Part shown: one piece after another, positions 19,811-28,279 of the stretch | Layout of the letters: every line of letters starts with the position of its first letter | How positions within the stretch are numbered: the first letter of the stretch is position 1 | Origin: Candidatus Dojkabacteria bacterium | Lineage (GTDB): Bacteria; Patescibacteriota; Dojkabacteria; B142; OLB20 | Length of the DNA: 64,000 nt | Assembly (NCBI GenBank): GCA_035444565.1 | Contig: DAOMOX010000005.1 | Coordinates: 5,045 to 69,044 of the forward strand | Direction: 5' to 3' | Program-made: the position numbers and the translations under genes | The notes under the pieces: generated by a model | Databases searched by the model: none | What the model was told of the DNA's origin: nothing | The model's input: only the letters and a program-made list of their open reading frames with translations

Positions 19811-20398
19811 TTGAATAATACTACATTAGTCGAGATTTCTAAAGTGAGTCTACCTGTAGAAGACTTGGGGATGTTAAAGGCTACATTGTTTAGCAGAAAT
19901 GGTGATGAAGTTATGGTAATTTCCAGAGATAACATTATCAAAGCTAAAAATCCGATTATACGAATACACTCGCAATGTATTACTGGAGAAGCATTCCATT
20001 CCCTTAGATGTGATTGCAGACCCCAACTAATGGAATCATTAAAAATAATTTACAAGAATAAAGGCGCAATTATATATCTATTTCAAGAAGGTCGAGGTGC
20101 TGGGCTAAGAAAAAAGTTTATGGCGAACCATTTGGAAGACGAAGGTCTAGATACTGTTGAGGCATACGAATCACTTAACCTACCAATTGATCAACGCGAC
20201 TACGAATTGGCTGCAGACATTTTAAAATATTACAAAATCTCAAAAATAAAATTACTTACAAATAATCCAGATAAAATTGAGTGCTTAGAAAAAAATGGTA
20301 TTGTGATTAGTGAAAGAATCCCCTTAATAATTCCACCTAATAGATATAATAGAAAATATCTACAGACAAAGAAATCTAAAATGAGACATTTATTATAA
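19811..20398 (+). CDS. ribA: GTP cyclohydrolase II
   Basis: 'RIHSQCITGEAFHSLRCDCRPQL' (Zn-binding CxxxxxxxxxxCxC) and 'LFQEGRGAGL' match RibA signatures. Confidence 0.85.
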   Translation: MNNTTLVEISKVSLPVEDLGMLKATLFSRNGDEVMVISRDNIIKAKNPIIRIHSQCITGEAFHSLRCDCRPQLMESLKIIYKNKGAIIYLFQEGRGAGLRKKFMANHLEDEGLDTVEAYESLNLPIDQRDYELAADILKYYKISKIKLLTNNPDKIECLEKNGIVISERIPLIIPPNRYNRKYLQTKKSKMRHLL

Positions 20399-20415
20399 TT
20401 TATTAACTAAAAAAC

Positions 20416-21015
20416 ATGAAAATCTATTTTGTAGCATCGATATTAGGGAAAAAAAGAGATACCCACTCAGAAAGATGGCAGAAACAAATTATTAAACAGT
20501 TAAAAGATTTAGGACATGAAGTCTGGGATGGGAATTTTAATACAGAGCCTAAGCTTTTATATGAAGAAAGTGAGGACGAATATGTAAATATCTATAATCG
20601 CAATACCAAGATAATTAAAAGCTCAGACCTAGTTATCGCTGAAGTTTCTATGTCAGATAGTGGTGTAGGATATGAGATTTCTTATGCACTCAGTATCAAA
20701 AAACCTGTATTGGCTCTATACAATGAGCAATCAGTCGAACCGACTGCTCCTCCAATCATTGCAGGTAAAAGTAAATTCCTTACGTTTGTAAAGTATGATG
20801 AGAAGAACTTGAAAAGCACACTAGATAAATATATAGGACAAATAAAAAAGAATTTAGACTCAAAATTTATCCTAATAATCTCATCCGAAATTGATCGATA
20901 CCTTGAATGGTCTTCACAGGAAAACCGCATGCACAAAGCTCAAATCGTTCGAGATGCTATTGAGAAAGTGATGAACAAAGATACGGATTATAAGAAATTC
21001 TTGGAGACAGCTTAA
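20416..21015 (+). CDS. Nucleoside 2-deoxyribosyltransferase-like protein
   Basis: 'MKIYFVASI' N-terminus and 'VSMSDSGVGYEISYALSIKKPVLAL' resemble the catalytic-Glu region of the NDT-like fold. The assignment is tentative. Confidence 0.45.
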   Translation: MKIYFVASILGKKRDTHSERWQKQIIKQLKDLGHEVWDGNFNTEPKLLYEESEDEYVNIYNRNTKIIKSSDLVIAEVSMSDSGVGYEISYALSIKKPVLALYNEQSVEPTAPPIIAGKSKFLTFVKYDEKNLKSTLDKYIGQIKKNLDSKFILIISSEIDRYLEWSSQENRMHKAQIVRDAIEKVMNKDTDYKKFLETA

Positions 21016-21033
21016 CTGAAGTTATATTAGACA

Positions 21034-22167
21034 ATGTTAGGTCTCGCTGAAAATCCTTTCGCTACTGAACGACCCGAATTTGTTAAACCTTCTCCTGTCT
21101 TTAAAATCGTTACAAAAACTGACTTTCCCGAAGTTCTAAGTGATACCGACTCTTTAGAAAGGTTATATTTCGAACTTAAAGTTCCGAAAGGTTTTGTATT
21201 TAAGCCTAGACCTATTGATGGTTATACAAGAACGCTTTGTTTTCAAGGACCTGATGTGCAGAATTATTTCTTCGCAGGTTTTGGTTTTGGTATAGGTAAT
21301 ACAGAGGAAGGAGTTGAGGCAAATACATATTATTCAAAACCAGAATACGAAATTCCCTACGAAGAGCTTAATGCAATTCGACGAGTTCTTGAAGGCAGAG
21401 AAGGACTTGGGATTGGTCTCCAAATCGATAAACAAGGGAATGCCACACACCATACTTCACCTGACCTATTTGGAACTATAGGAAAAGACAGAGTTGAAGA
21501 AAAATTAAGAAAAACAGCAATAGCGAAAAGACTATTAGCTGGAAGTGGAGTAATTACACCAGAATTTATATTAACTCTCAGTACACTTGATCCAAGAAAA
21601 GCGGGTTATATATATCGGTTACCTGCGAACTTAGTATCCATTAATGAGGCCCCAAGTTTGGGTGAGGATTTATTGCTAAATTTCGTACAACAACTCGCTT
21701 TCACAATAAAAATTCTACATAAAAGAGACACTTTACATTTACAACTTCATGGTGGAAATTATCATTTGGCATTACAACCGAGTTCCGCTAAAGGTAAACC
21801 TGGAAGATTCTGTCTAACCGATTTTTCTACATTAACAGATATAAGCACGCTTTCTAATGTTGATATTGAGGGCCGTACATCTTTGTCCAAAAGAGAGTAT
21901 ATGAAGTTAGTTGATTTACATACAGCAGTAACTGGAGCATTGTACTCATTACCTTCAGTACTCACAGATAAAATACTATTAATGAAATTTTGGAACGCTC
22001 TCGCAAGTGGCTACAGCTCAGAGGAAATCACGATGAGCACACTAAGGCATTCTATAGCTGATACCAGATATAGGAACAAAGCCTATGGAACTAACTTCGT
22101 TGAAGATTTATCGACTAATATCGCAATGCAAATTATAAATGGAAATAAAAAAAAGAAGACTCACTAA
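21034..22167 (+). CDS. Hypothetical protein
   Basis: 377-aa ORF with coding-like composition. I recognise no motifs. Confidence 0.4.
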   Translation: MLGLAENPFATERPEFVKPSPVFKIVTKTDFPEVLSDTDSLERLYFELKVPKGFVFKPRPIDGYTRTLCFQGPDVQNYFFAGFGFGIGNTEEGVEANTYYSKPEYEIPYEELNAIRRVLEGREGLGIGLQIDKQGNATHHTSPDLFGTIGKDRVEEKLRKTAIAKRLLAGSGVITPEFILTLSTLDPRKAGYIYRLPANLVSINEAPSLGEDLLLNFVQQLAFTIKILHKRDTLHLQLHGGNYHLALQPSSAKGKPGRFCLTDFSTLTDISTLSNVDIEGRTSLSKREYMKLVDLHTAVTGALYSLPSVLTDKILLMKFWNALASGYSSEEITMSTLRHSIADTRYRNKAYGTNFVEDLSTNIAMQIINGNKKKKTH

Positions 22168-22182
22168 ATCTAAGATTTTCTC

Positions 22183-23433
22183 TTACGAATAAACACCAAA
22201 ATCCTCAGGAAGATACTGTCTGAAATTTTCGGGAGTTATTTCAAATCGATTACCCTGCCCTTCAACCATTTTCTTTGCGATTTTTCGCACCAGAGTAGTG
22301 ATATTTCTCTCTAACTGTCTAATTCCCGCATCGAAACCTAGAGGGCGAATCAATAATGGCCAGACACTTTCACTGAAGACGATTACATTTGGGTCGATTC
22401 CAGTTGCTTCTATAACTTTTGGAAGTAGATAGTCCTTTGCAATGTGCATTTTTTCTTCATCGGTATAGCTAGACATACGGACAATCTCCAAACGATCAAG
22501 AAGTGCAGCACTAATTCCTCCAAGGTTATTGGCAGTACAAACAAACATCACCTTCGATAAATCAACCGGGTAATCAATATAATGATCTCGGAATGTTGCA
22601 TTTTGTTCTGGATCCAAAATTTCAAGTAAAGTTGCCATTACGTCCGCTCGCACACCACCAAAGTCACTAACTTTGTCAATTTCATCCATTAATATCAGTG
22701 GATTCATCACATCAGTCCTTATGAGAGATTTGACTATTTGTCCTGGTTCGGAATCAATCTCACTACGAGATCTACCTCTCAACTCAGAAACATGAGCTAT
22801 ACCTCCAAGTGAAATCCTCACGAATTGCCGTCCCATCGCAAGTGCGATAGACTTGGCAATAGAAGTTTTACCGATACCTTGCACTCCTACTAAACAAATA
22901 ATAGGTGCATGAGCCGAACTTCCTTCAAGTTTTACCATTTTCTCAATTTGCGTAGGTACTTGCTGGACTTGTTGATTGACAGGCATCGGAGTGGATGTTT
23001 GTGGAATTTGTTGTGGGACTTGATTCATTTGAACTTGTGGGTTATTTGCAACCATTGGAACACCACCACTTTGCTGAAGTCTTTGTAGATGCAAGATTGC
23101 AATATACTCCAAAATTCTCTCTTTTACTTGTTGTAAACCGAAATGAGTTTTATCTAGCTGATTTTTTGCGTTATTAAGGTCAAGATTATCCACTGAATAC
23201 TTTTCCCATGGTATCTGGCAGATCCAAGATACATATTTAGCGATTGGTTCGTATTCTCTAGAAAAATAGCCGTATTTAGCAACTCTACGAAGCCTTGAGA
23301 CCATCGTTTTGGTCTTTTCTAGAAGATCCTTCGGTAATTGTGCCTCTGAAAGCTCCTTCTCTAATTGTAGAATTTCTTCTACTTCTTCCGAAGCTAGATT
23401 GGCTGTATTGTTGGTGAGTTGTTTTTCGTCCAT
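22183..23433 (-). CDS. Lon-like AAA+ ATPase lacking the S16 protease domain
   Basis: 'ICLVGVQGIGKTSIAKSIALAMGRQFVRISLGGIAHVSELRGRSRSEIDSEPGQIVKSL......LILMDEIDKV' matches the Lon ATPase module (Lon has 'LGGVRDEAEIRGHRRTY'). The pre-AAA helix 'IPWEKYSVDNLDLNNAKNQLDKTHFGLQQVKERILEYIAI' is also Lon-like. The ORF ends after the AAA+ alpha-helical lid, and a Q/P-rich insert is present. Confidence 0.7.
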   Translation of the reverse strand: MDEKQLTNNTANLASEEVEEILQLEKELSEAQLPKDLLEKTKTMVSRLRRVAKYGYFSREYEPIAKYVSWICQIPWEKYSVDNLDLNNAKNQLDKTHFGLQQVKERILEYIAILHLQRLQQSGGVPMVANNPQVQMNQVPQQIPQTSTPMPVNQQVQQVPTQIEKMVKLEGSSAHAPIICLVGVQGIGKTSIAKSIALAMGRQFVRISLGGIAHVSELRGRSRSEIDSEPGQIVKSLIRTDVMNPLILMDEIDKVSDFGGVRADVMATLLEILDPEQNATFRDHYIDYPVDLSKVMFVCTANNLGGISAALLDRLEIVRMSSYTDEEKMHIAKDYLLPKVIEATGIDPNVIVFSESVWPLLIRPLGFDAGIRQLERNITTLVRKIAKKMVEGQGNRFEITPENFRQYLPEDFGVYS

Positions 23434-23511
23434 AGAATTTGTAACTTCAGTATAAAGCTAATCCTAATGGAACTCAACTTCCGGATGTATTGTGACAGAG
23501 AACCAAGATTA

Positions 23512-24174
23512 TTATTCCTCTTTTGTCTCCTTGGTCTCTTCAGAACCTTTTTCTTTGGATTCCTCACCTTCAGTTTCCTCGTCTTCTTCTACGACTTCTT
23601 CTGGTGTCTCTTCCTCGATTGTTTTCTGAGGAGCTGCTATGTAAGCTACTGGAGAGTCTGATGCTACATCATTTGCGATTTCAACACCCTCTGGTAATTT
23701 GATATCAGCTACTGTTACAGAATCACCGATTTCGTTAAAGCCATCAATACTGACTTCCAAAGAAGCTGGTAAGTCGCTAGGTAAACAAGTTACTGACACA
23801 GACTGTAATGGATGTACCAAAAGTCCGATATTATTTTTAACTGCGAATGATTCTCCAACAAATGTAAGTGGGATTTCTGCTGTAATCTCTTTTTTCATAT
23901 TCACCTGATACAAATCGATGTGTGTAAACTCGTCTGTCAAAGTGTTTGCTTGCAAATCTTTAACCAAAACTTTCACTTTATCTCCTTCTAAATCTAGATC
24001 GAACAACTTTGAGTATCCAACATCCTTGAAAAGCTTTTTGAATTCAAGCGGGTCAATAGTAATATTTGTAGATTCTCTATTTGGTCCATAAAGAACTGCA
24101 GGTAATTTTTTTGCTCGTCTGAGTTGACTAACTTTTTTGCCTGTAATTTCGCGCTTTGTAGCTTTGAGTAACAT
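23512..24174 (-). CDS. rplY: 50S ribosomal protein L25 / general stress protein Ctc form
   Basis: 'MLLKATKREITGKKVSQLRRAKKLPAVLYG' plus an acidic E-rich C-terminal tail. Confidence 0.8.
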   Translation of the reverse strand: MLLKATKREITGKKVSQLRRAKKLPAVLYGPNRESTNITIDPLEFKKLFKDVGYSKLFDLDLEGDKVKVLVKDLQANTLTDEFTHIDLYQVNMKKEITAEIPLTFVGESFAVKNNIGLLVHPLQSVSVTCLPSDLPASLEVSIDGFNEIGDSVTVADIKLPEGVEIANDVASDSPVAYIAAPQKTIEEETPEEVVEEDEETEGEESKEKGSEETKETKEE

Positions 24175-24191
24175 AGTATTTATTTAATAGA

Positions 24192-24698
24192 TTATTTAGA
24201 TTTTGGGGATATTACTACCCTTCTGTTTTCACCCTCTCCAGCACTAGAAGTGAATATCCCTTTTGTTTCTTTGAGTGCCATATGCACGATTCTTCGTTCG
24301 GATGGTTTCATTGGTGACAATTCCATAGGTTGTCCTGAATTCAATACTTCATCAACAGCTCTCAAAGCATACGATACAAGGTAATCAGCTCTTTGTTTAC
24401 GGTAGTCATTAATATCTAATATTATTCTATATTTCTCAGTAACATCTTCTTTTGAAAGAGTTTTTGTGAGAATCAATCCAAGAATTGTTTGAATGGAATC
24501 TAACATATTACCTCTAAATCCAATCAATTCTCCAAGGTTTTCTCCTGTCAAAGTCACATTTAGGTAACTGAAATCCCCACTCTCTGTAGTGTTAACAGGA
24601 TCTCCAATAGTTATCTCGGCATCAAGACCTAATTGAGTAAGGAAATCTTGAATTAGCGATTCTGTTATTTTTTTAAGGTCATTTTCTTTTTTTGCCAT
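24192..24698 (-). CDS. jag: Jag/KhpB-like RNA-binding protein (KH + R3H domains)
   Basis: C-terminal R3H motif 'SERRIVHMALKETKGIFTSSAGEGENRRVVISP'. It lies immediately downstream of yidC, which is the classical yidC-jag arrangement. Confidence 0.7.
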   Translation of the reverse strand: MAKKENDLKKITESLIQDFLTQLGLDAEITIGDPVNTTESGDFSYLNVTLTGENLGELIGFRGNMLDSIQTILGLILTKTLSKEDVTEKYRIILDINDYRKQRADYLVSYALRAVDEVLNSGQPMELSPMKPSERRIVHMALKETKGIFTSSAGEGENRRVVISPKSK

Positions 24699-26004
24699 TT
24701 GATGTGTTGTCTTTTGTTTTATTAATTTTATCTAGAAATTTAGTTTTATATTCTAGAAAACTTTGTTTTGTCTTTTCTTTATTAGTTATTAACTCTTGGA
24801 TTATAACAAAGCTATTCTGTCCAGTCCAGAAAAGGCTTACTCCCGTGGGGAAAAACGCTCCAAAAAATCCCAAAGACCACACAATAGTAATCAATGGGAA
24901 AATATAAGTCATCTGCTTAGAGGATTGGGCTAGAATTTCTCCAAAATCCATATCATCTTCTTTTTTATCTTTGTTCTTTGATGACTTTGACTTAGAATCT
25001 TTCTTCTCTGTTTTTTCTTTCTTCGCTTCAGCCATCATTGGGTTCATACCCATTTGTACTTTTGATGCAAAGATTTGAGTGATACCAACAGAAATTGCAA
25101 TTAATACATATGGTGTAACCGTAGAAATATCAGAGAAACCGAAATCGGTAGCAACTTTAGACAAATCCGCTCCTAGAAATGAGAAATTAAGTGGCTCGCC
25201 TTTTGATATTTCTAGCGAATCGACTTCAATTTTCCGACCATTTAGAGCAACTTCACTCTTGTCATAATTGATTTTGGTATTAGACGGTGGACGTATGTAG
25301 GCACTAATTTTATCTAAGTCTTCTAATATTATAGGATTGTCGTTTTTGAATTCAGAAAATTCTTCAACGTAGAGCGAGATACTTGAGGTTCTCTCCTCTG
25401 AATCGTTCTCAGCTTTTTCTTCTTCACTGATTTCTCCTCTTTTCTCGTCTAATTGTTTTGTTAATTCATCTCTATTTTCATCATCAACTAGTGCGAAGTG
25501 ATACGTCTTGTTTAACTCGTAACCATTCGAAACAACTTTGTAGTCAAGTGTGTACACACCAGATTCAAGTTCTGCAGTGTCATATTTTATTGAATCTTCT
25601 GGAAGTTTCTGGCTTTCGCTATAAGCAACAGTATTAAATGCGTGTACTCCTTGATCGACAAGATTGATAATGACGTTTCTAACTTGAATTAAAAGAATCA
25701 GTGCCAAAATCATATTCAAACAGCCACCCAGTTGACCTGGTAGATATTTTGCTTGTACTTTTGCTAATTCCTGTGCTTGTTTTTCTTGGTTTTTCTTGTA
25801 TTTCTTTTTGATTGCTTCAACTTCTTTCTGGAAGACCTTATTCTTCTCAGCATTTTTCATTTGTCTACGTGTCAGTGGCAATGTTATCAATCTAGAAACG
25901 ACAGCCAAAAGGAGTATAGCAACACCCAAGTTTCCTACGATGTCATAGAAAAACATCAATAGATTAAATGTAGGCTCGTAGAATATAGTTCGTATTATTT
26001 CCAT
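24679..26004 (-). CDS. yidC: Membrane protein insertase YidC/Oxa1 family with an enlarged acidic loop
   Basis: 'LGVAILLLAVVSRLITLPLTRRQMKNAEK' is the YidC TM2 signature. It has multiple TMs, a roughly 200-aa hydrophilic insertion and a K-rich C-terminus. Confidence 0.8.
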   Translation of the reverse strand: MEIIRTIFYEPTFNLLMFFYDIVGNLGVAILLLAVVSRLITLPLTRRQMKNAEKNKVFQKEVEAIKKKYKKNQEKQAQELAKVQAKYLPGQLGGCLNMILALILLIQVRNVIINLVDQGVHAFNTVAYSESQKLPEDSIKYDTAELESGVYTLDYKVVSNGYELNKTYHFALVDDENRDELTKQLDEKRGEISEEEKAENDSEERTSSISLYVEEFSEFKNDNPIILEDLDKISAYIRPPSNTKINYDKSEVALNGRKIEVDSLEISKGEPLNFSFLGADLSKVATDFGFSDISTVTPYVLIAISVGITQIFASKVQMGMNPMMAEAKKEKTEKKDSKSKSSKNKDKKEDDMDFGEILAQSSKQMTYIFPLITIVWSLGFFGAFFPTGVSLFWTGQNSFVIIQELITNKEKTKQSFLEYKTKFLDKINKTKDNTSNGKKRK

Positions 26005-26015
26005 AGTGAGAATGT

Positions 26016-26378
26016 TTAAGTAAGTTGCGATTCTTTGGCGATGGCGTCTTTTGCAAGTCTAAGCACTTCGTCAAAATTCTTTTGTTGAAGATGATTGTCA
26101 ATTTTTGAATTGATTTCTTCTCTAAACTTTTTTTCATAATCGACCATTACAGGAACGATTACTTGTCCGAGTTCTTCGAAATGATCGTCTAGTTTGGGAA
26201 GTATTTGAATCAATTCTTCAAAAGTATAACTACCGGAGAGCTTATCCAAAATCATTTTAGCGATTTCTTTTGCTCTATCAGGCGACATCTGTCCTGTTTC
26301 TAATTTTTTTGTGATTAATTCAACGATTTTTGCTTGAACTTCAGATTTGAGTTCTTCTGGGTTTGTATTGTCTATCAT
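26016..26378 (-). CDS. Small acidic hypothetical protein
   Basis: 120 aa, helical and acidic. It sits upstream of yidC but is not RnpA-like, because it is not basic. Confidence 0.4.
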   Translation of the reverse strand: MIDNTNPEELKSEVQAKIVELITKKLETGQMSPDRAKEIAKMILDKLSGSYTFEELIQILPKLDDHFEELGQVIVPVMVDYEKKFREEINSKIDNHLQQKNFDEVLRLAKDAIAKESQLT

Positions 26379-26423
26379 TATTATTATGCTAACTCAAGAT
26401 TATAACAGATATACAAGTTTTTC

Positions 26424-27356
26424 TCAGCTTTTCAGCGCATCTTGGATATAACCTACCAACCTAACCTTATCTAGTTCACCTTCAATGTTAAATCCACACG
26501 CCCCTTTGTGACCACCCGCAGTATTGGGACTCATTTTCTTGGCAATTTCTAATAGATTTATATCGTTTTTTCCAGGGTAAAAATTATTTCTATATAATCG
26601 AATTTTACTCCAACCTTCACGTTCGTGAGGTTTCTCGACGACAATTACCTTTGAATCTGTAAACTCAGCAGTGTAAACGTAGCTAGTCATCTTTTCCTCT
26701 AATTTATAATTATTCAAACTCACGAAAACGGTATCTTTTACTTTTTCACTGTTTTGCCTAACGAATTCAGACATTTTCCCTCTCAGTGCCAAATATCTAT
26801 CAATTCTTTCTTTTATGAAAGGATGCTCACAGACTTTTCCCAAACTCATTCGAGATAATAATTCGATGAGTAATAAATTAAAATACTTTTGATCGCGACT
26901 GATTACTAATGCTAATTTGTAAGTATCGTTTGGATTTAGAAAATCCTCGAGAGAGATATTTCCAGAATCAAATTTATTAATATCGTCAATTAGTGGCTCA
27001 AAGTCTGAAAAATCAGCGACGTCTCGAAAATACGAATACACAACTTGTGCAGCACTATCTTCTGGCATCCACTCACCTATAAAAGAAGATGTCGGGCGAT
27101 TACTCTCATGATGATCAAAGAAATAACCACACAAAGGAGAATATCTCAAATCTGCCATCAATGTCTTATCAGTTATTAAATGGTCAATTTTCCCCTCTTG
27201 AATTTCGGAGGCTTTACTCTGGATAATTTCTACCTTTGGAAAGACTTTTCTCAATAATGCACCACAAATAACACCATCAAAATCACTATCAACTATTATT
27301 CTTTCAACAATGTAATTCTCAACAAAGAATTTACCTTGGGATTTTGTTTGTTTCAT
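26424..27356 (-). CDS. DHH-family phosphoesterase (NrnA-like oligoribonuclease / pAp phosphatase, DHH + DHHA1)
   Basis: 'DSDFDGVICGALL', 'FDHHESN' (DHH motif) and C-terminal 'GGHKGACGF' (DHHA1 GGGH motif). Confidence 0.7.
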   Translation of the reverse strand: MKQTKSQGKFFVENYIVERIIVDSDFDGVICGALLRKVFPKVEIIQSKASEIQEGKIDHLITDKTLMADLRYSPLCGYFFDHHESNRPTSSFIGEWMPEDSAAQVVYSYFRDVADFSDFEPLIDDINKFDSGNISLEDFLNPNDTYKLALVISRDQKYFNLLLIELLSRMSLGKVCEHPFIKERIDRYLALRGKMSEFVRQNSEKVKDTVFVSLNNYKLEEKMTSYVYTAEFTDSKVIVVEKPHEREGWSKIRLYRNNFYPGKNDINLLEIAKKMSPNTAGGHKGACGFNIEGELDKVRLVGYIQDALKS

Positions 27357-27426
27357 CTATGTTTCTAACAGATTTTGTATTATATTCTCATCTGTAACAA
27401 CTGTAAAGAAAAACCCGTGCAGTTAA

Positions 27427-28179
27427 TTATTCCTCTTCCTCACCAGGGAGAGCTTGTCTGAATTTTATTGACTCAATCACATTCATGACATCCTCTTCCA
27501 TTGAATCTGCAGTCTGACCACCCCATAGGATAATGTATTCTCCTCTGAATCCGGTATAAAAAACTTGTTTGGTCATTCCTAGTTTAGCCTTATAAATTTC
27601 AGTAATTACTGCTGGTCTATAATCAACTTGATAATCTTCCCGACTATAGAGAAAGTCTCGAATAGGTGAATATCGATTCACTTCTTTATCAATTCTTTCT
27701 AGATAATCTTCATAGGTTGTAGGTTTTTCTGGGGCAAAAGGAGAATCGTTGAGAAAAGGTAAGATGGCAATTAGTGTGCCGGTATAATCCGTCAAATTCC
27801 AAAATCCTTCCATTTCTTCAGTACTTAGAATTCCACATGTACCCAAATACCCCTTTGTCGATGAAATCCATTGAGAACCTGCTAGGAGCTCAATCTCGCA
27901 ATCAGGAAAAATATATTTCTGCGAACTTATTACTGAACTAGTTGGGCTAGGAGTATTATTTCCTTCGCTAATTGTTGGTGAGACTTCAAGCATAATCGTG
28001 GATGTTGGAATAACAGTCGGTCGGACAACCGCTTGATTGTCATCCTCCATCAAAGATAATGCATAGTAAACCAAAGCTATGACTATCAATAATAATAAAA
28101 ATAAAATTGCTAAATATTTTTTAATTGGGCTTTTCTTGCCCACAACGATTATTTTTTTATCATTTGGATTATCTTGCAT
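27427..28179 (-). CDS. Membrane-anchored hypothetical protein
   Basis: N-terminal TM 'YLAILFLLLLIVIALVYYALSL' followed by an extracytoplasmic domain. Confidence 0.4.
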   Translation of the reverse strand: MQDNPNDKKIIVVGKKSPIKKYLAILFLLLLIVIALVYYALSLMEDDNQAVVRPTVIPTSTIMLEVSPTISEGNNTPSPTSSVISSQKYIFPDCEIELLAGSQWISSTKGYLGTCGILSTEEMEGFWNLTDYTGTLIAILPFLNDSPFAPEKPTTYEDYLERIDKEVNRYSPIRDFLYSREDYQVDYRPAVITEIYKAKLGMTKQVFYTGFRGEYIILWGGQTADSMEEDVMNVIESIKFRQALPGEEEE

Positions 28180-28279
28180 TATATTTAAGTATCAAAACTA
28201 AAGAAGAGCTATATTGATTTGAAACATAGCGTTTTTTACTCTAAACTATAGTAACATTTTAAATCATTCACTGCCCAAA

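Noticed and set aside
22183-23433. Interpreting the Q/P-rich stretch (PQVQMNQVPQQIPQTSTPMPVNQQVQQVPTQ) of the Lon-like gene as a DNA tandem repeat or mobile element
   Set aside because: It is an in-frame low-complexity protein linker. The underlying DNA lacks exact tandem periodicity.
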